From positions 1-30,499 of the forward strand of contig JBGQHJ010000046.1 in NCBI GenBank assembly GCA_041497895.1: a stretch of DNA of 30,499 nt, in the 5' to 3' direction. Position 1 is the first letter of the stretch; every line of letters starts with the position of its first letter. The stretch is from Candidatus Methylomirabilia bacterium. GTDB taxonomy: Bacteria; Methylomirabilota; Methylomirabilia; Rokubacteriales; CSP1-6. The notes beneath the pieces were generated by a model. That model searched no databases. It saw only the letters and a list, made by a program, of their open reading frames with translations, and was not told the DNA's origin. Positions 1-8,841 of the stretch are shown here, in pieces. Made by a program: the position numbers and the translations under genes.

Positions 1-38
1 CGCCGCGGGGCGTTCGTTTCTCACCCCTGTTCCGCCGG

Positions 39-58
39 CCCCCCCCCCCCCCCCCCCC
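39..58. repeat. 20-nt C homopolymer (possible sequencing/assembly artefact)
   Basis: Run of 20 C just downstream of the cupin stop codon. Confidence 0.8.
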
Positions 59-71
59 GGCTCCTTCCTCG

Positions 72-434
72 CTACTTGTAGCCGGAGCCGGCCTTCCTGT
101 ATTCCTCGCGAGGCGGGGAGAAGATGTCGAGCACGACCGCGCGCTTGTCGGTGGCGCGGCCCCCGTGGGGCACGTGCGGCGGCGTCTGCCAGAAGTCTCC
201 CGCCTTGACGGGATGCTCCACACCGTCCTGGATGCGGATCCACTCCCCCTCGAGGCACACGCCCCACTGCTCGTTGGCGTGCGAGTGCACCGGGGAGACC
301 GATCCCGGCTGGATCTCGACCACCGAGAGCATCAGGTGCTCGCCGGGAAACACGCGGGCGCTCAACCCCTCCGCGAGCTGCCGCGGAATCCCGCCCGCCT
401 TCAAATTGTGGAAACACGACGACGCATCAGCCAT
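72..434 (-). CDS. Cupin domain protein
   Basis: 120 aa. Cupin motifs PVHSHANEQWGVCLEG and TPPHVPHG. AAGGAG RBS upstream of the ATG and TAGAAT -10 box at 455-460 on the minus strand. Confidence 0.9.
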   Translation of the reverse strand: MADASSCFHNLKAGGIPRQLAEGLSARVFPGEHLMLSVVEIQPGSVSPVHSHANEQWGVCLEGEWIRIQDGVEHPVKAGDFWQTPPHVPHGGRATDKRAVVLDIFSPPREEYRKAGSGYK

Positions 435-472
435 GACTAGCTCCTTTCCGCGCCATTCTACCGGAGATCCGC

Positions 473-1957
473 GTGAGACTCTTCCTGGCCATGCTCTCCC
501 ACGAGACCAACACGTTTTCCAACGTGCCCACCGACCGGGCCCAGTTCGCGGCGCGCGACCTTCGGTACGGCGGCGAGATCGTCGAGGCCTACCGCGGTAC
601 CGGCACCTGCCTGGGCGGCATGATCCGGGCCGCCGAGCGCATGGGCGCCACCCTGGTGCCCTCGGTGGCGGCGTCCGCCTCCCCGGCGGGCCGGGTCACC
701 AAGGACATCTACGAGCACGTCAAGCAGCGGATGCTGGCCGACCTCGAGGCGGCGGGCCGGCTCGACGGAGTGCTCCTCGATCTGCACGGGGCGATGGTCC
801 CTGAGGGCATCGACGACGGCGAGGGTGACATCCTCAAGGCGGTGCGGAAGACGGTGGGGCCCGACGTCCCGATCGCGGTCACGCTCGACTTCCACGGCAA
901 CCTCGGCCGCGACATGGTCGACCACGCCGATCTCCTGCACGGCTACAAGACCTATCCGCACGTGGACATGGCCGAGCGCGGGGCGGAGGCGGCGGAGCGG
1001 CTCGTCCAGGTGATCGACCGCCGCATCCGGCCCACCGCGGCGTGGCGCAAGCCTCCCCTCCTGCCACCGCTCGGCAACCAGGGCACCGCGCGCGGGCCGA
1101 TGCGGAGGCTCTACGATCTCGCCGACGAGATGGAGAAGGATCCGAAGGTCATCTCGGTGTCGATCTTCGCGGGCTTCCCGTACGCGGACATCCCCGACGC
1201 CGGGCTCGGCGTCTACGTGGTCACCGACGACGATCAGCCCCTGGCCGAGCGGCTCGCCCGGGAGCTCTGCCGGGTCGCGTGGGAGCATCGCCACGAGTTC
1301 GTTCACTCCGCGCGACCGGTGAAGGACGCGGTGGCGCAGGCCCTGGCCGCCCCCGGCCGTCCCATCGTGCTCGCCGACATGGCCGACAACACCGGCGGCG
1401 GCGCGGCGGGCGACGGCACCGAGATCCTGCGCGAGCTCCTGCGGGTGGGCGCGCGCGGCGCGACGGTGGCCTGCATCTGGGACGCGGCCGCGGTGCAGTC
1501 GTGCGTCAAGGCGGGCATCGGCAACCGCATCACCCTCGAGATCGGCGGCAAGGTGGACGACCGTCACGGCGCGCCCCTGCGGGTGACCGGCACGGTGCGC
1601 ACGCTCTCCGACGGACGCTTCGTGCACCGCGGCCCGATGATGACCGGGCTACCCGGCCGCCTCGGCCCCACCGCGGTGCTGGACATCGACGACGTGAAGG
1701 TGATACTCATCACCTACCGCTGGCAAACCCTCGATCCGGAGATGATCCGGTTCGTGGGCATCGACCCCCTCTCGGAGAAGATCCTGGTCGTGAAATCCAC
1801 CATTCACTACCGCGCGGCGTTCGAGCCCATCGCCAAGGAGATCATCGAGGTCGACGCGCCGGGACTCTCCTCGTCCAACCTGGCGCGCTTCGACTTCCGG
1901 CGCATCCGGCGCCCCATCTTCCCGCTCGACCCCGACCTGGTGTACGAGGCGGAGTAG
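473..1957 (+). CDS. M81 family metallopeptidase (MlrC-like)
   Basis: 494 aa, GTG start. Typical MlrC motifs HETNTFS, LDLHGAM, DGEG, TLDFHGN, YPHVD, DMADNTGGG, VVKSTIHYRAAF. Confidence 0.92.
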   Translation: MRLFLAMLSHETNTFSNVPTDRAQFAARDLRYGGEIVEAYRGTGTCLGGMIRAAERMGATLVPSVAASASPAGRVTKDIYEHVKQRMLADLEAAGRLDGVLLDLHGAMVPEGIDDGEGDILKAVRKTVGPDVPIAVTLDFHGNLGRDMVDHADLLHGYKTYPHVDMAERGAEAAERLVQVIDRRIRPTAAWRKPPLLPPLGNQGTARGPMRRLYDLADEMEKDPKVISVSIFAGFPYADIPDAGLGVYVVTDDDQPLAERLARELCRVAWEHRHEFVHSARPVKDAVAQALAAPGRPIVLADMADNTGGGAAGDGTEILRELLRVGARGATVACIWDAAAVQSCVKAGIGNRITLEIGGKVDDRHGAPLRVTGTVRTLSDGRFVHRGPMMTGLPGRLGPTAVLDIDDVKVILITYRWQTLDPEMIRFVGIDPLSEKILVVKSTIHYRAAFEPIAKEIIEVDAPGLSSSNLARFDFRRIRRPIFPLDPDLVYEAE

Positions 1958-1973
1958 AAGGAGAGGGCCCAGC

Positions 1974-2603
1974 ATGTCCTTCACCGGGTTCACCCCGTCC
2001 GACTTCAAGGTGTTCGAGATCCCGGGGTTCAAGCCGCGGATGGACGCGATCAAGACCCGCATTCGCCCGAAGCTGGAGGCGATCGGCCGCGAGCTCCTGC
2101 CCGACGTGGCCCGCGTGGGCGGCTCGGACGCGTTCGCGCACGTGGCCAGGCACGCGCGCCGCACCGTGAATCCGCCCGACGACACCTGGGTGGCCTTCGC
2201 CCTCGACAAGCGGGGCTACAAGAAGCACTGCCACTTCAAGGTGGCGGTCTCCCGTGGCGGCGTCCGTTTCCTCTTCGAGGCCGGGCCCGAGCACGCGCAG
2301 AAGAAGCGCTGGGTCTCGGCCTGGAAGCGGCACACCCGGCAGCTCGTGCCGGTGCTGCGGCGGGCCAAGGGGCTCGGCTGGTTCAAGGACGAGCACGACG
2401 AGGCGCCGGCGGCCGTCCTCACCGACCTGCCCGCGGAGGCGGTGGCGCGCCTCGGCGACGAGCTGCTGCGCACGCGCGACGGCCAGTTCATCCTCGGCCG
2501 CCGCGTGCCCGCCGAGGAGGCGATGAAGTGGAAGCCGCGCGAGTACGCGCGCGCCGCGCGGGAGACCTTCCACCTGCTGGCGCCGCTGTATCGCTTGAGG
2601 TGA
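1974..2603 (+). CDS. DUF1054 (YktB/UPF0637-like) protein
   Basis: 209 aa. FTPSDFKVF and HVARHARRTVNPPDDTWVAF...RGYKKHCHF match this family. AAGGAG RBS. Confidence 0.85.
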   Translation: MSFTGFTPSDFKVFEIPGFKPRMDAIKTRIRPKLEAIGRELLPDVARVGGSDAFAHVARHARRTVNPPDDTWVAFALDKRGYKKHCHFKVAVSRGGVRFLFEAGPEHAQKKRWVSAWKRHTRQLVPVLRRAKGLGWFKDEHDEAPAAVLTDLPAEAVARLGDELLRTRDGQFILGRRVPAEEAMKWKPREYARAARETFHLLAPLYRLR

Positions 2604-3253
2604 CTAGCGCGGCGGTCTTCGACATGGATGGGGTGCTGATCGATAGCGGGGCGCACCATCGGCACGCGTGGCGGATGCTGCTCGACGAGCTGGGCGCCGA
2701 GCCCGCCGATCCCGAGCACTGGCGGCTCACCATCGGGCGGCCCAGCGAGGAGGCGATCCCGCTGCTGCTCGGCCGACGGGTGAGCGGGGCGGAGGCGCGG
2801 CGGCTGGCCCGCCGCAAGCGCGACCTCTACCAGGCGCGCGCGCAGACCGGGCTCGATCCGGTGCCGGGCGTGCGCGAGTTCCTGGAGGCGCTCGCGCGGC
2901 TCGACGTGCCGAGGGCGGTCGGCACCTCCGCGTCGCGCTGGGACGCCGAGCGGCTGCTCGACGACCTGGGCCTCCTGCGCTTCTTCGACGTGATGGTCAC
3001 CTCCGACGACGTGATGCTGGGCAAGCCGGATCCGGAGGTCTGGACACAGGCGGCGCGGCGCCTGCGGGTGTCGGCCGAGCGCTGCGTCGTCTTCGAGGAC
3101 GCGCTCGTGGGGGTGCAGGCCGCGCGCGCCGCGCGCATGCGGGTCGTCGGGGTCACCACCGCGCACAGCGACGCCGAGCTGCTCGCGGCGGGCGCGGAGC
3201 GGACCATCCCCGACTTCCAGGGGCTCGAGTGGAGTCGCATCGCCCACCGGTAA
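2600..3253 (+). CDS. HAD-superfamily phosphatase (beta-PGM/CbbY-like)
   Basis: GTGA overlap with the upstream stop. Motifs FDMDGVLIDS, GTS, GKPDPE, VFEDALVGVQAA. Confidence 0.9.
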   Translation: MTSAAVFDMDGVLIDSGAHHRHAWRMLLDELGAEPADPEHWRLTIGRPSEEAIPLLLGRRVSGAEARRLARRKRDLYQARAQTGLDPVPGVREFLEALARLDVPRAVGTSASRWDAERLLDDLGLLRFFDVMVTSDDVMLGKPDPEVWTQAARRLRVSAERCVVFEDALVGVQAARAARMRVVGVTTAHSDAELLAAGAERTIPDFQGLEWSRIAHR

Positions 3254-4029
3254 GCACCGCCGGGTTCTGGGACGGCCTCTACGCGGAGGGCCAGGACGGC
3301 TGGGACCTCGGCGAGCCCGCCCCGGCCCTGGTCGACTGGCTCGACGCCGGCGGCCGCTTCGAGCCCGGCGGCGACGGTGGAAGCGTCCGGCCTCGCGCGG
3401 CCGAGCCTCGCGGTTTGTCCGCCGATTGGGGGAGTGCGGGGGCCATTTCTGGGCCCCCGCAGATGAAGAGCCTTGCAGAAGTAGACGGCAGTCAGCCGGC
3501 CCCCCGGAACGCGGCCGCCCTCGCCCGTGTCGCGGTACCCGGCGCGGGGCGCGGGCACGACGCCCGGCTCCTGGCCCGTCGCGGCCATCGCGTCACCGCG
3601 TTCGACTTCTCGGAGGCCGCGGTGGCGGAGGCGCGCCGCCTCGCCGCCGCCGAGGCGGTCGAGCTCACGGTCGAGCGGCGCGACGTCTTCACCCTGCCGC
3701 GCGACCACGCGGGCGCCTTCGACGGGGTCTGGGAGTACACGTGCTTCTGCGCCATCGACCCGGATCGGCGCGACGAGTACGCGCGCGTGCTGCACACCAT
3801 CCTGCGGCCCGGCGGCCTCCTGCTCGCCTGCTTCTTCCCGCTCCGCGACGGCATCGACGGCCCGCCCTTCCCGGTGTCGCGCGCCGACATCGAGCGGGTC
3901 CTGGCCGGGCGCTTCACGGTGCTCGAGGCGGGCCCCCCGCCCCGCTCGGTCGAGCGCCGACGCGGGCTCGAGTGGCTCGTGCGCGCCCGGCGCGAGCCCG
4001 CCGCCCCGGGGGACGGCTCCGAACATTGA
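3229..4029 (+). CDS. TPMT / halide-thiol methyltransferase-like class I SAM methyltransferase with an internal insertion
   Basis: Motifs FWDGLY...GWDLGEPAPAL, VPGAGRGHDA, FDGVWEYTCFCAIDP, GPPFPVS. Start uncertain; the in-frame GTG at 3229 was chosen. Confidence 0.8.
   Translation: MESHRPPVSTAGFWDGLYAEGQDGWDLGEPAPALVDWLDAGGRFEPGGDGGSVRPRAAEPRGLSADWGSAGAISGPPQMKSLAEVDGSQPAPRNAAALARVAVPGAGRGHDARLLARRGHRVTAFDFSEAAVAEARRLAAAEAVELTVERRDVFTLPRDHAGAFDGVWEYTCFCAIDPDRRDEYARVLHTILRPGGLLLACFFPLRDGIDGPPFPVSRADIERVLAGRFTVLEAGPPPRSVERRRGLEWLVRARREPAAPGDGSEH
3380..3470. repeat. Palindromic element inside the methyltransferase CDS
   Basis: Perfect 10-bp stem TGCGGGGGCC (3435-3444) / GGCCCCCGCA (3452-3461) in a segment of atypical codon usage that separates the N-terminal WD motif from SAM motif I. 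Boundaries approximate. Confidence 0.55.
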
Positions 4030-4055
4030 CCCGGCCGCGGCCCGCGTGATACGGT
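4026..4055 (+). promoter_or_regulatory. Sigma70-type promoter for the first ABC operon
   Basis: TTGACC-N18-TACGGT with extended -10 TG, upstream of the AGGAGG RBS and ATG 4123. Confidence 0.5.
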
Positions 4056-4122
4056 TGGCCACTTTTCTCGCCCCGTACTCTCGGGACCCGCTCACGGACG
4101 CCATTCCACCAGGAGGCAGACC

Positions 4123-5445
4123 ATGAGGTCTCCGCGCATTCTCTCGGCTCTGACCGCGCTCGTCGCGATCGCGCTGCTCGCCCTGTCCGCGGCCCCCGCG
4201 ATGGCACAGGCCCAGACCATCAAGATCGGCACCCTCTACGACCACTCGGGGCCCTTCTCGGCCGCCGGATCGCTCAACTGCTGGCGCGGGGCCAAGATGA
4301 TCATCGACTACGTCAACGAGAAGGGCGGCGTGCTCGGCAAGTACAAGATCGTCCAGGTGGACGGCGATAGCCAGTCCAAGGCCGACGTGGCGATCAACGA
4401 GGCGGAGCGGCTGCTCAACGTCGAGAAGGTCGACATCCTGGCCGGCATCTACTCGAGCGCCCACGCGGTGCCGATCGCGGAGCGGGTGGACAAGCAGAAG
4501 AAGTTCCTGTGGATCACCACCGCGATCGCCGATGCGGTGGTCAAGGACCGCAACCTCCAGTACACCTTCCGGCCCCAGCCCAACGGCACCCTGTTCGGCA
4601 CCGGTACGGTGGACTACATCGCCAACTACGCCCAGGAGAAGTTCAAGAAGGCGCCCAAGGACCTCCGTATCGCCATCATCTACGAGGACGGGCCCTACGG
4701 AGCCGGCGTGGCCGCCTCCAACGAGTCCGAGGCCAAGAAGGTCGGCATGCAGGTGGTGCTCAAGGAGGGCTACTCGGCGCAGGCCGCCGACCTCTCCTCG
4801 CTGGTGACCAAGCTCCGCGCCGCCCGGCCCGACGTGCTGTTCCACACCGGCTACAACCCGGACATCAACCTGTTCCTGCGGCAGGCCAAGGAGCAGGGGC
4901 TGCGCCTGCGCGCCTACGTCGGCCACGGGGCCGGCCACAGCCAGCTCGACAAGCTGAAGGAGGCCTTCGGCAACGAGGTGGAGGGCTTCCACACCTCGGA
5001 CCCGCCCGCGTCGCAGCTCATCGACGCCAAGAACCTCAAGCCGGGCGTGGCGGCCATGACCCAGGAGATGGTGAAGCGCTACAAGGCCTTCGAGCCCAAC
5101 GTCCCGGTCAACAACATCGCGCCGCACGTCTCGATGGGCTTCAACAACATGTGGATCCTGCTCAACGACGTCCTGCCCCGCGCCATCCAGAAGCACGGCG
5201 GCTTCTCGGCCGAGGCGCTGGCCGCGGCGGCCCGCGAGACCGACATCCCGGAGGGCGGCACCATGCAGGGCTACGGGGTCAAGTTCCTCGGCGAGGGCAA
5301 CCCCATGCGCGGCCAGAACGAGCGCGCGCTCGCCGCGGTCTACCAGGTGGTGGACGGCCAGTTCCGCCACGTGTGGCCCAAGGTCATCGCCACCCCCAAC
5401 CCGCCGGTTCTGCTGCCCGCCTCGTCCCCCTGGGCGGCCCGCTGA
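4123..5445 (+). CDS. ABC transporter substrate-binding protein (LivJ/K-like, periplasmic binding protein type 1)
   Basis: 440 aa. Signal peptide ending AMA-Q, IKIG...SGPFS, INEAERL, AGIYSS. AGGAGG RBS. Confidence 0.92.
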   Translation: MRSPRILSALTALVAIALLALSAAPAMAQAQTIKIGTLYDHSGPFSAAGSLNCWRGAKMIIDYVNEKGGVLGKYKIVQVDGDSQSKADVAINEAERLLNVEKVDILAGIYSSAHAVPIAERVDKQKKFLWITTAIADAVVKDRNLQYTFRPQPNGTLFGTGTVDYIANYAQEKFKKAPKDLRIAIIYEDGPYGAGVAASNESEAKKVGMQVVLKEGYSAQAADLSSLVTKLRAARPDVLFHTGYNPDINLFLRQAKEQGLRLRAYVGHGAGHSQLDKLKEAFGNEVEGFHTSDPPASQLIDAKNLKPGVAAMTQEMVKRYKAFEPNVPVNNIAPHVSMGFNNMWILLNDVLPRAIQKHGGFSAEALAAAARETDIPEGGTMQGYGVKFLGEGNPMRGQNERALAAVYQVVDGQFRHVWPKVIATPNPPVLLPASSPWAAR

Positions 5446-5472
5446 TCGGCCTCCTCCCGATCCATCCGGCGA

Positions 5473-5500
5473 CGCGGCGGGGGCCGGCTCCCCCGCCGCG
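5473..5500 (+). other. Intercistronic stem-loop after the SBP gene
   Basis: 11-bp perfect stem CGCGGCGGGGG / CCCCCGCCGCG with a 6-nt loop and no U tract. Confidence 0.65.
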
Positions 5501-5515
5501 CGCCCACGCTCCCGC

Positions 5516-6247
5516 GTGCTGACCATCGATCGGCTCACCAAGCAGTTCGGCGGCTTCACCGCGCTGAACGCGGTCTCCTTCGAGGTGAAGGAGGGGGAGA
5601 TCCTGGGGCTCATCGGCCCCAACGGATCCGGCAAGACCACCTGCTTCAACTGCATCTCGGGGGCGCTCGCCGCGACCGCGGGCTCGATCCGGTTCAAGGG
5701 CGGCGAGATCGCGGGCCTCACCCCGGACGCGATCTGCCACCGCGGGCTCGCGCGCACCTTCCAGATTCCCCGCCCGTTCCGCAAGCTCTCGATCCTGGAG
5801 AACGTGGCGGTGGCCGCCCACTTCGGCGCGGCCCGCCGCAGCACCGAGGCGGAGGCGCGCCGACGGGCCCAGGAGGTGCTGGCCCTGGTGGGCCTGCCCG
5901 CCGATCCCGCCGCCACCCCGTCGCTGCTCGGCGCGGGCGGCCTCAAGAAGCTCGAGCTCGCCCGCGCGCTCGCCACCGGGCCGAGCCTGCTGCTGGCCGA
6001 CGAGAGCCTCGGCGGGCTCGACCCCTCCGAGATGCACGACGCGGCCGAGATGCTCCGGCGCATCCGCGGCGAGCTCGGCATCACGATCGTGTGGGTGGAG
6101 CACATCATGGCGACCCTGCTGCGGGTGGTCGATCGCCTGGTGGTCCTGGACCACGGGGAGAAGATCGCCGAGGGCACCCCGCGCGAGGTCGCGGAGAACC
6201 CGCAGGTGATCGAGGCCTACCTCGGCGAGAAGGTGGTGCTCGGCTGA
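5516..6247 (+). CDS. livG: Branched-chain amino acid-type ABC ATP-binding protein
   Basis: Walker A GPNGSGKTT, RTFQ, LLLADE, VEH, C-terminal VIEAYLG. Confidence 0.9.
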   Translation: MLTIDRLTKQFGGFTALNAVSFEVKEGEILGLIGPNGSGKTTCFNCISGALAATAGSIRFKGGEIAGLTPDAICHRGLARTFQIPRPFRKLSILENVAVAAHFGAARRSTEAEARRRAQEVLALVGLPADPAATPSLLGAGGLKKLELARALATGPSLLLADESLGGLDPSEMHDAAEMLRRIRGELGITIVWVEHIMATLLRVVDRLVVLDHGEKIAEGTPREVAENPQVIEAYLGEKVVLG

Positions 6248-6951
6248 TGCTCGAGCTCCACCAGGTCACCGCCGGCTACGGGGCGTTCACCGCGCTCTGG
6301 GACGTGAGCCTGCGCGTGGCCCAGGGCGAGGCGGTCGCGGTGGTCGGCCCCAACGGGGCGGGCAAGACCACGCTGCTGCGCGCGATCTCCGGGCTCATCG
6401 CGCCGCGGGCCGGCCGCGTCACGTTCGAGGGCGCCGAGCTGGCCGGGCACCCCGCGTACGAGATCGTGGCCCACGGCATCGCGCACGTGCCGGAGGGCCG
6501 CCGGCTCTTTCCGCGGCTGACCGTCGGCGAGAACCTCAAGATGGGCGCGTTCCTGCCGCGGGCGCGCGCCCACTTCCGCGAGAGCCTCGACCGGGTCTAC
6601 GAGCTCTTCCCGGTCCTGGCCGAGCGGCAGGCCCAGCGGGCGGGCAGCCTCTCGGGCGGCGAGCAGCAGATGCTCGCGGTGGGCCGCGCCCTGATGTCGC
6701 GCCCCAAGCTCATCCTGCTCGACGAGCCGTCGATGGGCCTGGCCCCGGTGATGGTGCTGCGCCTGTTCGACCTGATCCGCCGCGTGCGCGAGGAAGGCTA
6801 CACGATCCTGGTGGTCGAGCAGAACGTCCGCCAGGTCCTGAAGCTCGTCGACCGCGCCTACCTTCTGGAGGTGGGCCGCATCAAGATCGAGGGCCGCGCC
6901 GCCGACCTGGCCGAGCAGGATTTCGTCCGCCAGGCCTACGTGGGGCTCTGA
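6247..6951 (+). CDS. livF: Branched-chain amino acid-type ABC ATP-binding protein
   Basis: TGATG overlap. GPNGAGKTT, HVPEGRRLF, LSGGEQQM, LLDEPSMGLAP, VEQN. Confidence 0.92.
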   Translation: MLELHQVTAGYGAFTALWDVSLRVAQGEAVAVVGPNGAGKTTLLRAISGLIAPRAGRVTFEGAELAGHPAYEIVAHGIAHVPEGRRLFPRLTVGENLKMGAFLPRARAHFRESLDRVYELFPVLAERQAQRAGSLSGGEQQMLAVGRALMSRPKLILLDEPSMGLAPVMVLRLFDLIRRVREEGYTILVVEQNVRQVLKLVDRAYLLEVGRIKIEGRAADLAEQDFVRQAYVGL

Positions 6952-6954
6952 GCC

Positions 6955-7821
6955 GTGCTCGATCCGATCTTCATCCTGGAGGCGGTGGTGAACGGGATCC
7001 TGCTGGGCGGGGTCCTGGCCCTCCTCGCCCTCGGCCTCAACCTGATCTTCGGCGTCATCGACATCGTCTGGATCGCCTACGTGGACCTGGTCACGCTCTG
7101 CATGTACGGGGTCTACTTCCTGGTGAGCCACTACGGCTGGCCGCTCTGGCTGGCCGGGCTGGCCGCGATCGGGATCGGCGCGCTCCTGGGCGTGCTGGTG
7201 CACCTGCTCATCATCACGCCCATCCTGTCGAGCCCGCCGATCAACCAGCTCCTCGCCACCGGGGGGCTCCTGTTCTTCATCCAGTCGGTCGCCACCCTGC
7301 TCTGGTCCACCGACCATCGCTCGGTGCGGGTGAGCCTGCCCACCCTCGAGGTGGGCGGCATCTTCATCTCGTTCACCCGCCTGCTCGCCTTCGTCCTCGC
7401 GATCCTGGCCATGATCGCGCTCTACTTCTTCCTCACCCGCACCTACACCGGCACCGCGATCCGCGCGGTCAGCCAGGACCGGGAGGCGATCGCCCTCATG
7501 GGCGCGCGGCCGCAGCGCCTCTACCTGGTGACCTCCGCGGTGGGCGGGGCCATGGCCGGCGTCGCGGGCGCGCTCCTGATCATGCAGTACGCGGTGCATC
7601 CCTACTTCGGTGGAGCCTTCGGCCCGCTCACCTTCATGATCTGCGTGCTGGGCGGCCTGGGGAACATGGTGGGCACCTTCGCGGCCGCGTTCATCATGGC
7701 CCAGGTGATCTCGGTGGGCGGGGTGCTGGTCTCGACCGAGATGGGCTACGTCATCGCCTTCGTCATCTTCATCGTGCTGATGTTCGTCCGGCCGGGCGGC
7801 ATCTTCGCGAGGCGCGCGTGA
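6955..7821 (+). CDS. livH: Branched-chain amino acid-type ABC permease
   Basis: 288 aa hydrophobic protein. ALGLNLIFGV, GTAIRAVSQD, VLGGLG, VRPGG. Confidence 0.9.
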   Translation: MLDPIFILEAVVNGILLGGVLALLALGLNLIFGVIDIVWIAYVDLVTLCMYGVYFLVSHYGWPLWLAGLAAIGIGALLGVLVHLLIITPILSSPPINQLLATGGLLFFIQSVATLLWSTDHRSVRVSLPTLEVGGIFISFTRLLAFVLAILAMIALYFFLTRTYTGTAIRAVSQDREAIALMGARPQRLYLVTSAVGGAMAGVAGALLIMQYAVHPYFGGAFGPLTFMICVLGGLGNMVGTFAAAFIMAQVISVGGVLVSTEMGYVIAFVIFIVLMFVRPGGIFARRA

Positions 7822-8822
7822 GCGCGGCCCGCCTCCTCGGGGCGGCCGGCCTGGTGGTGCTGGCCCTGGTGCCGCTGCTCCCCCTCGGGCCGGCCCAGGA
7901 GTACATCTGGCACGTCATCATCCAGATCTTCCTCTGGTCCTTCGTCGGCAACGCGTGGTCGCTGATGGGCCGGTTCGGGCTCGTCTCGCTGGGGCACGGC
8001 GCGTTCCTGGGCGTCGGCGCCTACACGATGGTGCTGCTCTGGAACTTCTTCGGGATGAGCCCGTGGCTCGGCACCCTGCTCGCCGTCCTGCTGACCGTGG
8101 CCTTCGCCCTGGTGGTGGCCTATCCCTGCTCGCGATTCAAGGTGGTCGGCCACTACTTCGCCCTCGTCACCCTCGCGGTCGGCGAGGTGATCCGGCTGCT
8201 GATCGTGGCCGAGCGCGACTGGACCGGGGGCTCGCTCGGGGTCAGCCTCAAGGCCGGGGGTGTCGCGTCCGACTGGTGGACGCTGCAGTTCGCGGACAGG
8301 CGGATCTTCTACTACGTGGGCCTCGCCGCCTGGCTCTTCGGGCTCTGGGTGTGGTGGCGGGTGGATCGCAGCATGGCCCGCTCGGCGATGGAGGCGATCG
8401 GCGAGGACGAGACCGCAGCGGCGTCGGTGGGCATCCGGGTGGCGCGCTTCAAGATGGCCATCACCGCGCTCTCGGCCGCGCTGACCGCGCTGGGCGGCGC
8501 GCTCCTCGCGCTGTACCTGGCCTACGCCAACCCCGACTCGCTCGCCGGCATCGGGGTGTCGCTGCGCATCGTGTTCGCGGTGGTGCTGGGCGGCATGTAC
8601 TCCCTGCTCGGGCCCTTCGTCGGCACCGCGCTCACCATCGCGCTCAGCGAGTACCTGCGCATCTACTTCGGCATCAAGCTCATCGGCATCGCCGAGACCA
8701 TCTACGGGCTGCTCCTCATCGTCTTCATCATCTTCCTGCCCGCCGGCATCTACGGCAGCATCGCCCAGGCGGTGCGCCGCCGCCTGAGCCGGCCTTCCAG
8801 CGGCCTCCCGCTTCGGGCATAG
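7818..8822 (+). CDS. livM: Branched-chain amino acid-type ABC permease
   Basis: 334 aa. GLVSLGHGAFLGVGAY, YFALVTLA, EDETAAASVG, VLGG...GPFVG. Confidence 0.9.
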   Translation: MSAARLLGAAGLVVLALVPLLPLGPAQEYIWHVIIQIFLWSFVGNAWSLMGRFGLVSLGHGAFLGVGAYTMVLLWNFFGMSPWLGTLLAVLLTVAFALVVAYPCSRFKVVGHYFALVTLAVGEVIRLLIVAERDWTGGSLGVSLKAGGVASDWWTLQFADRRIFYYVGLAAWLFGLWVWWRVDRSMARSAMEAIGEDETAAASVGIRVARFKMAITALSAALTALGGALLALYLAYANPDSLAGIGVSLRIVFAVVLGGMYSLLGPFVGTALTIALSEYLRIYFGIKLIGIAETIYGLLLIVFIIFLPAGIYGSIAQAVRRRLSRPSSGLPLRA

Positions 8823-8841
8823 TGAACCTCGGACCGACGAC

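Noticed and set aside
473..1957. Microcystin degradation (mlr) cluster
   Set aside because: Only an MlrC-family peptidase is present. There is no mlrA, mlrB or mlrD, and the family is widespread.
3250..3253. Apparent loss of the methyltransferase start (GTAA instead of a GTGA overlap), suggesting a pseudogene or GTA start
   Set aside because: An in-frame GTG at 3229 gives a plausible N-terminus (MESHRPPVSTAGFW), so no unusual start is needed.
2827..6177. 1116-aa minus-strand ORF and other long antisense or alternate-frame ORFs (e.g. 11775-14408, 11128-13686, 18506-20107)
   Set aside because: Shadow ORFs caused by high GC and codon bias. They overlap well-supported genes and have Arg/Ala/Pro/Gly-rich sequence with no motifs.
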